A stretch of 64,000 nucleotides of DNA from Candidatus Rokuibacteriota bacterium (GCA_003221515.1 QHSI01000104.1:32568-96567); one strand, 5' to 3'; shown: positions 31,312 to 41,749, counted from the first letter of the stretch. Program-made: numbers and translations. Notes: generated by a model not told the origin, from the letters alone.

Positions 31312-32242
31312 CCTCCTCTACCTGGTGGCCGTCGCGCCCTTCACGGATATGGCCGGCTCGCCCGCCTTCCTGGTGGAGGTGCTGCTGGGCGGCGTCTTCG
31401 CCGGGTTGATGTACTCCCTGGTCGCGCTCGGCTTCGTGCTGATCTTCAAGGCCTCGGGCGTGTTCAACTTCGCCCAGGGCGTGATGGTGCTGTTCGCGGC
31501 CCTCACGCTCGTCGGGCTGCTCGAGCGGGGCGTGCCGGTGGTCGTGGCCCTCGCCCTGACCACCGCCGTCATGGTGGCGTTGGCGTTCGCGATCGAGCGG
31601 CTGGTGCTCCGGCCGCTCGTCAACCAGGAGCACATCATCCTGTTCATGGCGACGATCGGGTTGAACTTCTTCCTCGAGGGCTTCGGCGAGATGGTGTGGG
31701 GCGCCAACGTCAAGCGGCTCGACATCGGGATTCCGGACCGATCGTTCATCGTGCGGGGCGTCCAGATCAACCAGCTCGAGCTGACGGCGGCGCTGACGGC
31801 CGCCGTCCTCGTCACGGTGCTGGCGCTGTTCTTCCAGAAGACGCGGATCGGCCGAGCCTTACGCGCGGTGGCCGACGACCACGAGGCCGCGCTCTCCATC
31901 GGCATCCCGCTCAAGACGATCTGGGTGGTCGTGTGGTCGGTGGCGGGCGTCGTCGCGATCGTCGCCGGCGTGATGTGGGGCGCCAAGAGCGGCGTGCAGT
32001 TCAGCCTCTCGCTCATCGCGCTCAAGGCGCTGCCGGTGCTCATCCTCGGCGGGTTCGAGTCGGTGCCGGGCGCCATCGTCGGGGGCCTGATCATCGGCGT
32101 CGGCGAGAAGGTCGGCGAAGTCTACTGGGGCCCGCTCGTCGGCGGCGCCATCGAGAACTGGTTCGCGTACGTCCTCGCCCTGGCCTTCCTGCTGGCGAGG
32201 CCGCAAGGCCTCTTCGGCGAGAAGATCATCGAGCGCGTGTGA
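31304..32242 (+). CDS. LivH-type permease (cassette 1)
   Basis: 312 aa, multi-TM, 'MYSLVALGFVLIFKASGVFNFAQG'. Confidence 0.85.
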   Translation: MTDLLYLVAVAPFTDMAGSPAFLVEVLLGGVFAGLMYSLVALGFVLIFKASGVFNFAQGVMVLFAALTLVGLLERGVPVVVALALTTAVMVALAFAIERLVLRPLVNQEHIILFMATIGLNFFLEGFGEMVWGANVKRLDIGIPDRSFIVRGVQINQLELTAALTAAVLVTVLALFFQKTRIGRALRAVADDHEAALSIGIPLKTIWVVVWSVAGVVAIVAGVMWGAKSGVQFSLSLIALKALPVLILGGFESVPGAIVGGLIIGVGEKVGEVYWGPLVGGAIENWFAYVLALAFLLARPQGLFGEKIIERV

Positions 32243-32255
32243 CGGGCGTCGCACC

Positions 32256-33332
32256 GTGATCTATCGAGAGGCCGGTCAGTTCAAGACGAGCTACGCGAGC
32301 GACCAGGCCATCTTCCCGATCGCGCAAGATCGCGCCGTGGTGTTGCTGGCGCTCGCCGCGGCGTTCGTCGGGCCGCCGCTGCTGGCCAGCGAGTACTGGC
32401 TCCAGGCGATTCTCATTCCGCTCCTGATCTATTCGCTGGCCGCGATCGGCTTGAACCTCCTCACCGGCTACGCCGGGCAGCTCTCGCTCGGTACGGGCGG
32501 GTTCATGGCCGTCGGGGCCTACGCCGCGTTCAAGCTCACCACGGCGTTCCCTCAGGTCAGCATCGTTCTCGTCTTCCTGCTCTCGGGGCTCGTCGCGGCC
32601 GGCGTCGGGCTCGTCTTCGGCATCCCCTCGCTCCGTATCAAGGGCTTCTACCTCGCCGTGGCGACCCTCGCGTCGCAGTTCTTCCTCGTCTGGCTTTTCA
32701 ACAAGGTCGCGTGGTTCTCCAACTACGCCTCGTCCGGCACCATCACCGCCCCCGACCGCGCCGTGCTCGGCGTGACGGTCACCGGCCCCAGCGCCACCGC
32801 CTCCGCGCGCTACCTGACCGCGCTGGCGCTCGTCACCGTCTTCGCGCTGGTCGCGAAGAACCTGGTGCGCGGACGCGTCGGCCGGTCGTGGATGGCGATC
32901 CGCGACCGCGACATCGCCGCCGAGATCATCGGCGTGCGGCCGTTGCGGACGAAGCTGCTGGCCTTCGGGATCAGCTCGTTCTATTGCGGCGTGGCCGGCG
33001 CCGAGCTGGTGTTCCTCTACCTCGGCAGCGCCGAGACGCAGGCGTTCGACATCGGCCTCTCGTTCCTCATCCTGTTCATGGTGATCATCGGCGGGCGGGG
33101 CAGCATCCTGGGCTCCGTCCTCGGGGCGGTGTTCATCGTGCTGGTCCCGATCTTCCTGACGAACGCGCCGCACGCGCTCGGGCTGAGGCTGCCGGTCGCG
33201 CTCCAGAAGCAGATCGAGCTGATGGTCTTCGGCGGGCTCATCGTCTTCTTCCTGATCGTCGAGCCCCGCGGCCTCGCCCGGCTCTGGCAGATCACGAAGG
33301 AAAAGCTGCGACTCTGGCCCTTCCCCCACTAA
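32256..33332 (+). CDS. LivM-type permease (cassette 1)
   Basis: 358 aa; 'LTGYAGQLSLGTGGFMAVGAYAAF'. Confidence 0.85.
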   Translation: MIYREAGQFKTSYASDQAIFPIAQDRAVVLLALAAAFVGPPLLASEYWLQAILIPLLIYSLAAIGLNLLTGYAGQLSLGTGGFMAVGAYAAFKLTTAFPQVSIVLVFLLSGLVAAGVGLVFGIPSLRIKGFYLAVATLASQFFLVWLFNKVAWFSNYASSGTITAPDRAVLGVTVTGPSATASARYLTALALVTVFALVAKNLVRGRVGRSWMAIRDRDIAAEIIGVRPLRTKLLAFGISSFYCGVAGAELVFLYLGSAETQAFDIGLSFLILFMVIIGGRGSILGSVLGAVFIVLVPIFLTNAPHALGLRLPVALQKQIELMVFGGLIVFFLIVEPRGLARLWQITKEKLRLWPFPH

Positions 33333-33348
33333 CCCTGAGGAGACAACG

Positions 33349-34665
33349 ATGAACGCTCGGACCCTCTTGACCATGGCGCTGGCCGCCGCCGTCGCGGCCG
33401 GGCCCGCGGTGACGACCGCCCTGGCCGCGGGTGAAATGTTCGTGCCGCTCCTGGTCTATCGCACCGGACCGTACGCGCCGAACGGCATCCCGTTGGCCAA
33501 CGGCTTCAACGACTACTTCAACCTGATCAACGATCGGGACGGCGGCGTCAACGGCGTCCGGATCGCCTTCGAGGAGTGCGAGACCCAGTACGACACCAAG
33601 CAGGGCGTCGAGTGCTACGAGCGCCTCAAGGGGCGGAGCCCGGTGCTCGTCAATCCCTTCAGCACCGGCATCACCTATCAGCTGATTCCCAAGGCGCCGG
33701 GCGACAAGATCGTCGTTCACTCCTCGGGGTACGGCATGACGGCGTCCGCCGACGGGCGCTGGTTCCCCTGGGTCTTCAACTTCCCGATGACCTACTGGAG
33801 CCAGGCCTCGGCGTTCGTCAAGTACGTCGCCCAGCAGGAAGGCGGGACGGACAAGCTCAAGGGCAAGAAGATCGTCCACGTGTACCACAACAGCCCGTAC
33901 GGCAAGGAGGCGAACCCGACGCTCGAGACGCTGGCCCGCGATCTCGGGTTCGAGCTGACGCTGCTGGCGGTCGACCACCCTGGTCAGGAGCAGAAGGCGA
34001 CGTGGCTGCAGGTGCGCCGGCTCAATCCGGCGTGGATCTACGTGTCCGGCTGGGGCGTGATGAACCAGGTGGCGGTGAAGGAGGCAGCCGCGATCGGCTT
34101 CCCCATGGACCACGTGGTCGGCAACTGGTGGACGGGGACCGAGGCGGACGTGGTTCCGGCCGGCGAGGGCGCCAAGGGCTACAAGTCGATGACCTTCCAC
34201 GCCCCCGGCCACGGGTTCAAGGTGCATCAGGACATCTTCAAGCACGTCTACGACAAGGGGAAGGGCGCCGCGAAGCGGGAGGACGTCGGCGAGGTCCTCT
34301 ACAACCGCTCGATCATCAACGCGATGCTCGACACCGAGGCGATGCGCCTCGCGATGACGAGGTTCGGCAACAAACCGCTGACGGGTGAGCAGCTCCGCTG
34401 GGGCATGGAGAACCTCAACGTCACCGAGAAGCGCCTGGAGGAGCTGGGCATGAAGGGCATGCTGCGCCCCCTCCGGATGACCTGCGAGAACCACGAGGGC
34501 AACGGCACGGCGGCGGTGCAGCAGTGGGACGGCAAGAAGTGGACGATCATCTCGGACTGGATCGAGCCCATGCGCGACGTCGTCCGCCCGAAGCTCGAGG
34601 CCGCCGCGGTCGAGGAGGCCAAGAAGCTCGGCTACGTGATGCGCGACTGCGCCAAGGAGAAGTAG
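33349..34665 (+). CDS. ABC substrate-binding protein (type I fold, Liv-like family) of cassette 1
   Basis: 438 aa; signal 'MNARTLLTMALAAAVAAGPAVTTALAAG'. Confidence 0.85.
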   Translation: MNARTLLTMALAAAVAAGPAVTTALAAGEMFVPLLVYRTGPYAPNGIPLANGFNDYFNLINDRDGGVNGVRIAFEECETQYDTKQGVECYERLKGRSPVLVNPFSTGITYQLIPKAPGDKIVVHSSGYGMTASADGRWFPWVFNFPMTYWSQASAFVKYVAQQEGGTDKLKGKKIVHVYHNSPYGKEANPTLETLARDLGFELTLLAVDHPGQEQKATWLQVRRLNPAWIYVSGWGVMNQVAVKEAAAIGFPMDHVVGNWWTGTEADVVPAGEGAKGYKSMTFHAPGHGFKVHQDIFKHVYDKGKGAAKREDVGEVLYNRSIINAMLDTEAMRLAMTRFGNKPLTGEQLRWGMENLNVTEKRLEELGMKGMLRPLRMTCENHEGNGTAAVQQWDGKKWTIISDWIEPMRDVVRPKLEAAAVEEAKKLGYVMRDCAKEK

Positions 34666-34673
34666 CGCGCGCC

Positions 34674-35492
34674 GTGGCGAGCGACGCGACCCGGCCGCTT
34701 CTGTCGGTCAAGAACGTCGAGGTGATCTACGACCACGTGATCCTCGTGTTGAAGGGCGTGTCGCTCTCGGTCCCGGAGGGGGGCATCGTCGCCCTCCTCG
34801 GGGCCAACGGCGCGGGCAAGTCGACGACGCTGAAGGCCATCTCCGGCCTCCTGCGGACCGAGCGCGGCGAGGTGACGAAGGGGGTCATCGAGTTCCGGGG
34901 CGATCCGACGCTGCGCCGGGATCCGTCCGAGGTGGTGCGGCGCGGCATCGTCCAGGTGATGGAGGGGCGGCACGTCTTCGAGCACCTGACCGTCGAGGAA
35001 AATCTCCTCACCGGCGCCTACACCCGCCGGGATGGCCACGCCGCCCAGCGGGACCTCGATCTCGTCTACCGCTATTTTCCCCGGCTGGCCGAGCGCCGCG
35101 GCTTCGCGGCGGGCTACGTCTCCGGGGGCGAGCAGCAGATGGTCGCGATCGGCCGCGCGCTGATGGCCCGGCCCACCCTCATGCTCCTCGACGAGCCCTC
35201 CATGGGCCTGGCGCCAATGCTCGTGAAGGAGATCTTCGATATCGTCGCCCGCCTGAACCGGGAGGAGGGGCTCGCGGTGCTGCTCGCCGAGCAAAACGCG
35301 ACCATGGCATTGCGGGTTGCCCAATACGGCTATGTCATGGAAAATGGCCGGATCGTGCTCGACGGCGACGCCAGGACGATCAGCGAGAACGAGGACATCA
35401 AGGAGTTTTATCTGGGCCTGACCGGGGTTGGCCAGCGGAAGAGCTATCGGGACGTCAAGCACTATCGCCGGCGGAAGCGGTGGCTGTCGTGA
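34674..35492 (+). CDS. LivF-type ABC ATP-binding protein (cassette 1)
   Basis: GTG start; 'GANGAGKSTTL', 'VSGGEQQMVAIGRAL', C-terminal 'KSYRDVKHYRRRKRWLS' shared with cassette-2 LivF. Confidence 0.85.
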   Translation: MASDATRPLLSVKNVEVIYDHVILVLKGVSLSVPEGGIVALLGANGAGKSTTLKAISGLLRTERGEVTKGVIEFRGDPTLRRDPSEVVRRGIVQVMEGRHVFEHLTVEENLLTGAYTRRDGHAAQRDLDLVYRYFPRLAERRGFAAGYVSGGEQQMVAIGRALMARPTLMLLDEPSMGLAPMLVKEIFDIVARLNREEGLAVLLAEQNATMALRVAQYGYVMENGRIVLDGDARTISENEDIKEFYLGLTGVGQRKSYRDVKHYRRRKRWLS

Positions 35493-36286
35493 GCGGCCTC
35501 CTCGAGATCCGCGACGCGTCGAAGTCCTTCGGCGGCGTGCAGGCCGTGACCAGGGTGTCTCTCGAAGCCCAGAAGGGCGAGATCCTCTCGGTCATCGGTC
35601 CGAACGGTGCCGGCAAGACGACCGTGCTCAACATGATCAGCGGCTTCTATCACCCTGACAGCGGCCGGATCTCGCTCGAAGGACGCGACGTCACCGAGCT
35701 GGCGCCGAGCCGCATCGCCGAGCTCGGCGTTGCGCGCACCTTCCAGAACATCGCGCTGTTCAGGGGCATGACCGTCCTCGACAACTTGATGCTGGGGCGC
35801 CACGTGCACATGAAGACCGGCGTCTTGAGCGCCTGCGCCTACTGGGGCCTGGCGCAGAAGGAAGAGGTGGTCCACCGCCGACGGGTCGAGGACATCATCG
35901 ACTTCCTGCGCATCCAGGATCTGCGCCGCCGGCCGACGGGCTCGCTCCCCTACGGCCTGCAGAAGCGCGTCGAGCTGGGACGGGCGCTGGCGCTGGACCC
36001 GAAGGTGCTCCTCCTCGACGAGCCGATGGGCGGCTGCAACCACGAAGAGAAGGAAGACATGGCGCGCTTCATCCTCGACGTCAACGAGGAGTGGGGCGTC
36101 ACCGTGATCCTGATCGAGCACGACATGGGCGTGGTCATGGACATCTCGGACCGCGTGGCCGTGCTCGACATGGGGCAGAAGATCGCCGAGGGCACCCCCG
36201 ACGAGGTCCGCGCGAACCCGCGCGTGATCAAGGCCTACCTGGGCGAGACCAAGGCGGTGCCGAGCACTGGAGGGTCGCGTGTCTGA
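35480..36286 (+). CDS. LivG-type ABC ATP-binding protein (cassette 2)
   Basis: 'GPNGAGKTTVL', 'LPYGLQKRVELGRALALDPKVLLLDEPMGG'; alt start 35489. Confidence 0.85.
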   Translation: MAVVSGLLEIRDASKSFGGVQAVTRVSLEAQKGEILSVIGPNGAGKTTVLNMISGFYHPDSGRISLEGRDVTELAPSRIAELGVARTFQNIALFRGMTVLDNLMLGRHVHMKTGVLSACAYWGLAQKEEVVHRRRVEDIIDFLRIQDLRRRPTGSLPYGLQKRVELGRALALDPKVLLLDEPMGGCNHEEKEDMARFILDVNEEWGVTVILIEHDMGVVMDISDRVAVLDMGQKIAEGTPDEVRANPRVIKAYLGETKAVPSTGGSRV

Positions 36287-38198
36287 GGCGACGACGCTCG
36301 CGAGAATGCTGCGGCGGAACGCCCGCGATCTTCGTGACCGGCCGGCCATCCGGGAGAAGGACCGCGGCATCTGGCAGACCTGGACGTGGGGACAGTACTA
36401 CGAGCAGGTCCGCGATTTCGCGCTCGGGCTCGTCGCCCTCGGCTTCAAGCGGGGCGAGCGGCTGTCGGTGATCGGCGACAACCGCCCGCGGCTCTACTGG
36501 GCCCAGGTCGCCGCGCAGTGTCTCGGCGGGGTGCCCGTGCCCGTCTACCAGGACTCGATCGCCAAGGAGCTGGCGTTCGTCTGGAACCACGCGGAGTGCT
36601 CGGTGATCGTCGCCGAGGACCAGGAGCAGGTCGACAAGGTGCTGGGTCTCCGGGACCAGCTCCCGGCCTTACGTCTCGTCGTCTACGACGACCCCCGTGG
36701 TCTCGTGCACTACAAGCACGAGTGGTTGCGCTCCTACCAGGAGGTCCAGGAGCTCGGGCGCGCGTTCGCCGCCCGGCACCCCCACGACTTCGAGGCGGAG
36801 ATCGAGAAGGGGAAGCCGGAGGACGTCGCCATCATCTGTTACACCTCCGGCACCACCGGCAACCCGAAGGGCGTCATGCTGACCAACGCCAACGCGATCG
36901 GCATCGCCGACGCGTTCCGCAGGGCGGAAGACGTCCGCGCGGATGACGACGCCCTCGCGTACCTGCCGATGGCGTGGGCCGGAGACGCCGCCTACACGCT
37001 GTTCCTCAGCCTGGTCGTGGGCTTCTGCTCGAACTGCCCGGAGAGCCCGGAGACCGTCCAGCGCGACCTGCGCGAGCTGGGGCCGACGACGGTGCTGGCG
37101 CCACCGCGCATCTGGGAGAACATGCTGACCGGCGTGCAGGTGAAGGCCGCCGACGCCCCCGCCCTCAAGCGCTGGGTCTTCGAGCGCTTCCGCGCCGCCG
37201 CCGAGCGTGCGGAAATCCGACGTTCTGACGGCAAGCCGATCCCACTGGGGCTGCGTCTGGCGTGCATGCTGGGCAACGTCCTGGTCTACACGCCGATCCG
37301 CGATCAGCTCGGGCTGCGCCGCGCGCGGTGGGCGCTCACTGGCGGCGCCCCCCTCGGGCCGGACACCTTCCGCTTCTTCCGGTCGATCGGCGTCAACCTC
37401 AAGCAGGTCTACGGGTCGACCGAGACGACCGGCCTGGTGTCGCTGCAGCCGAGCGCCGAGGCCAACCCGACGACCGCCGGGCGCCCGTGCCCGGGCATCG
37501 AGGTGAAGATCGCCGACCGGGGCGAGGTGCTGGTCCGCGGTCCCGTCATCTTCAAGGGCTATCTCAAGAACGAGGAGGCGACGCGCGAGGTCATCGACCC
37601 CGAGGGCTGGTTCCGCACCGGCGACGCCGGCTTCATGGATCCGCGCGGCCACCTGGTCATCATCGATCGCGCGAAGGACGTGGGCGCCCTGCGGGACGGC
37701 ACGCCGTTCGCGCCGCAGTTCATCGAGAACAAGCTGAAGTTCAGTCCGTTCATCCGCGAGGCGGTCGCCTTCGGCAACGAGTACCCGTTCGTCAGCGCGA
37801 TGGTCGCCATCGACCTGAACACGGTCGGGAACTGGGCCGAGCGCCGGGGGATTCCCTATACGAGCTACATGGACCTGAGCCAGAAGCCGGAGGTGTGCGA
37901 CCTGATCCGCGAGGAAATCCGGAAAGGCAACGAGACCTTGCCGGCGTCCACGCGCATCCGCCGCTTCTTGCTCCTCACCAAGGACCTGGAGGCCGACGAC
38001 GCCGAGATGACGCGCACCCGCAAGGTGCGGCGGAAATTCGTTGCCGAGAAGTACGCTTCGGTGATCGATGCGTTCTACGCGGGCGGCCACGCGGTGGAGC
38101 TGGAAGCGAGCATCACCTACGAGGACGGCCGCACGGCCATCATGAAGTCGCACGTGCGCGTCGAGGACGTCGAGGCGGAGACCACGGCCCGTGTCTGA
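36279..38198 (+). CDS. AMP-dependent acyl-CoA synthetase/ligase (cassette 2 paralog)
   Basis: 639 aa; 'ICYTSGTTGNPKGVML', 'YGSTE', 'GWFRTGDAGF'; collinear with the 28553 ligase. Confidence 0.85.
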   Translation: MSEATTLARMLRRNARDLRDRPAIREKDRGIWQTWTWGQYYEQVRDFALGLVALGFKRGERLSVIGDNRPRLYWAQVAAQCLGGVPVPVYQDSIAKELAFVWNHAECSVIVAEDQEQVDKVLGLRDQLPALRLVVYDDPRGLVHYKHEWLRSYQEVQELGRAFAARHPHDFEAEIEKGKPEDVAIICYTSGTTGNPKGVMLTNANAIGIADAFRRAEDVRADDDALAYLPMAWAGDAAYTLFLSLVVGFCSNCPESPETVQRDLRELGPTTVLAPPRIWENMLTGVQVKAADAPALKRWVFERFRAAAERAEIRRSDGKPIPLGLRLACMLGNVLVYTPIRDQLGLRRARWALTGGAPLGPDTFRFFRSIGVNLKQVYGSTETTGLVSLQPSAEANPTTAGRPCPGIEVKIADRGEVLVRGPVIFKGYLKNEEATREVIDPEGWFRTGDAGFMDPRGHLVIIDRAKDVGALRDGTPFAPQFIENKLKFSPFIREAVAFGNEYPFVSAMVAIDLNTVGNWAERRGIPYTSYMDLSQKPEVCDLIREEIRKGNETLPASTRIRRFLLLTKDLEADDAEMTRTRKVRRKFVAEKYASVIDAFYAGGHAVELEASITYEDGRTAIMKSHVRVEDVEAETTARV

Positions 38199-39087
38199 CG
38201 ACCTGAGCTTCTTCTTCCTCCTGATGTCGAACGGCCTCCTGATCGGCCTGATGTACTCGCTGATCGCGCTGGGGTTCGTGCTGGTCTACAAGGCGACCGA
38301 CGCCATCAACTTCGCCCAGGGCGAGTTCGTGATGATCGCGGGCTTCGTGACGGCGGGGGCCCTCATGGTGTGGGGGGCGCCGCTCTGGGTCGCCGTCGCG
38401 CTGGCGCTGGTGAGCCTGGTCGCCTTCGGCTTCGTCCTCGAGCGCGTGATGCTGCGACGACTCATCGGGCGACCCGTGATCGCCGTGGTCATGGCGACCA
38501 TCGGGCTGGCGGCGATCCTGCGCGGCGTCGGGCCGTTCGTCATCTTCTCCGGGACCAAGCCGCTGCCGCTGCCCATTCGCGACGAGCCGTTCATGCTGGG
38601 GCCGATCTTCATCCCGCCCATCCAGCTGCTCGGGGCCGGGGTGAGCCTGGCCTTCCTGGCCGGCTTCGGCTGGTTCTTCCTGAAGTCTCGCAAGGGCATC
38701 GCCATGCGGGCGGTGGCCGACAACCAGCAAGTCGCCATGGCGATGGGCATCGACGTCGAGCGCTACTTCGGCGTGGCGTGGGCGATGACCGGCGTCGTGT
38801 CGGCCCTGGGCGGGATCCTGTGGGGTAACCTGCTCGGCGTCGACGTGAACCTGGCCCTCGTCGGCTTCAAGGTGTTTCCCGTCGTGATCCTGGGCGGGCT
38901 GGACTCGATTCCGGGCGCGATCATCGGCGGCCTCATCGTCGGCGTCGTCGAGAACATCGCGGCCGGCTACGTCGATCCCTACGTCGGCGGCGGCACCAAA
39001 GACTTCGCCCCCTACGTCCTGATGATTCTCGCCCTCATGATTCGCCCATATGGAATCTTCGGGAAGCGAATCATTGAGCGGGTCTAG
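38191..39087 (+). CDS. LivH-type permease (cassette 2)
   Basis: 298 aa. Confidence 0.85.
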   Translation: MSDDLSFFFLLMSNGLLIGLMYSLIALGFVLVYKATDAINFAQGEFVMIAGFVTAGALMVWGAPLWVAVALALVSLVAFGFVLERVMLRRLIGRPVIAVVMATIGLAAILRGVGPFVIFSGTKPLPLPIRDEPFMLGPIFIPPIQLLGAGVSLAFLAGFGWFFLKSRKGIAMRAVADNQQVAMAMGIDVERYFGVAWAMTGVVSALGGILWGNLLGVDVNLALVGFKVFPVVILGGLDSIPGAIIGGLIVGVVENIAAGYVDPYVGGGTKDFAPYVLMILALMIRPYGIFGKRIIERV

Positions 39088-39234
39088 GGCGACGATAACG
39101 GCGCATCTGCTTCGTTGCCTCGTCGCTGCCTCCCTGCGGCGTATGCGGCATACGCCTCAGTCGTCAGCTCCTCGGCGCCTCGCATCTGCACCGTTCTCGT
39201 CGCCCTGCCCGGCGCTCTTCAGAAAGGGGGCGCG

Positions 39235-40302
39235 TTGATTCATCGGGAATGCGGCGTTCTCAAGACGACGTACGAGGCGGATATGGGACTCTATCCGCTT
39301 CCGATTGCCAAGTGGACGGTGGCGGCGTTGGGCGTGCTGTTCGTCGTGGTGATCCCGCTCTCGCTGCACGAATATTACCTGTCGGTGGCGAATCTCGTCT
39401 GGATCGCCGTCATCGGCGCGCTCGGGCTCAACATCCTGGTGGGCTACACCGGGCAGGTGTCCATCGGTCACGGCGCCTTCATGTCGGTGGGCGCCTACAC
39501 CGCGGCGAATCTCGCGAACCGCCTGGGCTCGCCCTGGCCGGTCAATTTGTTGGCCGGCGGACTGATGGCGGCGCTCATCGGCGCGATCGTCGGGATCCCG
39601 TCGCTTCGCATCAAGGGGCTCTACCTGGCCATCGCCACGCTGGCCGGCCAGCTCATCATCGAGTGGACCATCAACCACGTGACGTTCATCAGCGGTGGCG
39701 TGCAAGCCTCGATCGAGGTCGCGCGCCCGCGTCTGGGCCCGATGGTCCTCAGCAGCCAGCGGGACATGTACTACTTCCTGCTGGTGTTCGTCGTCCTGGG
39801 CATCGCGGGCACCATGAATCTCATGCGGACCCGAGTCGGGCGCGCCTTCATCGCCATCCGCGACCATGACATCGCCGCCGAGATCATCGGCATCAACATC
39901 TTCCGCTACAAGCTGCTGGCGTTCGCGATCTCGTCGTTCTACGCCGGGGTCACCGGCGTGCTGTACACGTACTTCCTCGGCATCGCCAACTACGAGCAGT
40001 TCCAGATCGGGGTGTCGATCGACTACCTGGCCATGATCATCATCGGCGGCCTCGGCTCGGTGCTGGGCTCGATCTTCGGCGCCATCTTCGTCACCCTGCT
40101 GCCCATCGTCATCCGCTACGCCATGGAGGCCTTCGGCGGGATCTTCTTCGCGCCGCAAACCGTGCTCAACCTGATTCCCAATCTCCGCCTCATGCTGTTC
40201 GGCGCCCTCATCATCTTTTTCCTGATCGTCGAGCCCGAGGGACTGAACCGGCTCTGGCGGAACATCCGCAGCTACTTTCGGGTCTGGCCATTCGCGTACT
40301 GA
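39235..40302 (+). CDS. LivM-type permease (cassette 2)
   Basis: Proposed TTG start with RBS AAAGGGGG (ORF-track Met at 39115 lies in a non-conserved leader); 'LVGYTGQVSIGHGAFMSVGAYTAANLA'. Confidence 0.8.
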   Translation: MIHRECGVLKTTYEADMGLYPLPIAKWTVAALGVLFVVVIPLSLHEYYLSVANLVWIAVIGALGLNILVGYTGQVSIGHGAFMSVGAYTAANLANRLGSPWPVNLLAGGLMAALIGAIVGIPSLRIKGLYLAIATLAGQLIIEWTINHVTFISGGVQASIEVARPRLGPMVLSSQRDMYYFLLVFVVLGIAGTMNLMRTRVGRAFIAIRDHDIAAEIIGINIFRYKLLAFAISSFYAGVTGVLYTYFLGIANYEQFQIGVSIDYLAMIIIGGLGSVLGSIFGAIFVTLLPIVIRYAMEAFGGIFFAPQTVLNLIPNLRLMLFGALIIFFLIVEPEGLNRLWRNIRSYFRVWPFAY

Positions 40303-40327
40303 CGTACGCGAGGGAAGGAGAGCATTC

Positions 40328-41581
40328 ATGAAACAGTTCCTGGCGATCGCAACGGCGCTGGTGCTGGCAGCAGGCAGCCTGCTGACGGCCGCGCCGTCTC
40401 ACGCGCAAGCAAAGGGCGACGTCGTCATCGGCCTGCAGTGCGACCGCACCGGCCCCACGCAGATCGTGGGCACGGTCCTCTGCCCCGGCTTCCACGACTA
40501 CATCGCCCTCATCAATTCCAAGGGCGGCGTCGAGGGCCGCCAGATCAAGGCCCTCGAGATCGACCATGAGTACAAGGTGCCGCCGGGCATCGAAGCCTAC
40601 GAGCGCCACAAGAAGGAAGGCGCGGTCACGATGGCGGTGTACGGCACGCCGCACATCTACGCGATGGCCGCGAAGCTGACGGAAGACCGGATCCCCGGGA
40701 CCTCGCCGGGCTTCGGCAGCGCCGCCGCCGCCGATGGCATCCGGTACCCGTACATCTTCCCGATCGCCGCCACGTACTGGTCGCAGGGCGCCGCGGCGGT
40801 GGACTTCGTCAAGAAGCAGCTCGGCGGCAGCCTGAAGGGCAAGAAGATCGCGTTCATCTTCTACGACAACCCGGCCGGCCGGGAGCCGATCGAGGTGCTC
40901 GAGGATCTCTCGGCTCTGGAAGGCTTCCAGCTCAAGACCTTCGCGGTGCCGCCGCCCGGCGTCGAGATGGGCGCCCAGGTGCTCGACATCGCTCAGCGCT
41001 ATCGCGCGGACTTCGTGATCGGGCACCTGTTCGGCGGCGCGCCGTCGGTGTCGATCAAGGAGTTCAAGCGGGTCGGCTATCCGCTGCGCAAGTTCGTCTC
41101 GTTCGTGTGGGGCGCCGGGGAGGCCAACATCGAGGGCGCCGGCGGCTTCGCGGTGGCCGAAGGGTACTACGTGATGCAGTTCGCCGGCGTGGGTACCGAC
41201 TACCCGGTGCTCAACGAGATCCGCGAGATGTACAAGAAGCAGGGCAAGCCGGCGCCGAAGGAAATGGCGTCGACCGTGTTCTACAACCGAGGCGTGCTGA
41301 TCGCCGCGCTGCACGTCGAGGCGATCCGCAACGCCTTGAAGGCCAAGCCCGACGGCAAGATCACGGGCGAGGACACCAAGAAGGGTTTTGAGAAGATCTC
41401 GAACTTCACGCTCGGCGGGCTGGTGCCGCCGCTCAAGGTGACGCCGACCGACCACGAGGGTGGTGGGCTCGTTCAGATCTGGCAGGTCAAGGGCGGGAAG
41501 TTCGAGAAGGTCACCGACTGGTTCGCGGCGTACCAGGACGTCGTCGCCAAGCACATCAAGGAGGCTGGCGCTAAGAAGTAA
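40328..41581 (+). CDS. ABC substrate-binding protein (type I fold, Liv-like) of cassette 2
   Basis: 417 aa; signal 'MKQFLAIATALVLAAGSLLTAAPSHAQA'. Confidence 0.85.
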   Translation: MKQFLAIATALVLAAGSLLTAAPSHAQAKGDVVIGLQCDRTGPTQIVGTVLCPGFHDYIALINSKGGVEGRQIKALEIDHEYKVPPGIEAYERHKKEGAVTMAVYGTPHIYAMAAKLTEDRIPGTSPGFGSAAAADGIRYPYIFPIAATYWSQGAAAVDFVKKQLGGSLKGKKIAFIFYDNPAGREPIEVLEDLSALEGFQLKTFAVPPPGVEMGAQVLDIAQRYRADFVIGHLFGGAPSVSIKEFKRVGYPLRKFVSFVWGAGEANIEGAGGFAVAEGYYVMQFAGVGTDYPVLNEIREMYKKQGKPAPKEMASTVFYNRGVLIAALHVEAIRNALKAKPDGKITGEDTKKGFEKISNFTLGGLVPPLKVTPTDHEGGGLVQIWQVKGGKFEKVTDWFAAYQDVVAKHIKEAGAKK

Positions 41582-41604
41582 CCCGCGCGGGGCCGGCGCC
41601 CGCT

Positions 41605-41749
41605 GACGGGGCCGGCGCCGTGGGGGTGGGACGGACCTGGAAATCCGCGAGCCGCTGTGCTCGACGACATTGTCGATCGCGGCAGCCTTCGGCAACGGTG
41701 CCTACACGGATTTCCAGGACCGTCCCACCCCCACGGCGCCGGCCCCGTC
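41605..41749. mobile_element. 145-bp element with 43-bp near-perfect inverted-repeat arms (GACGGGGCCGGCGCCGTGGGGGTGGGACGGACCTGGAAATCCG ... CGGATTTCCAGGACCGTCCCACCCCCACGGCGCCGGCCCCGTC) around a 59-nt loop; MITE-like or large RNA hairpin between SBP and livF of cassette 2
   Basis: Arms 41605-41647 and 41707-41749 are reverse complements with a single mismatch. Confidence 0.5.
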
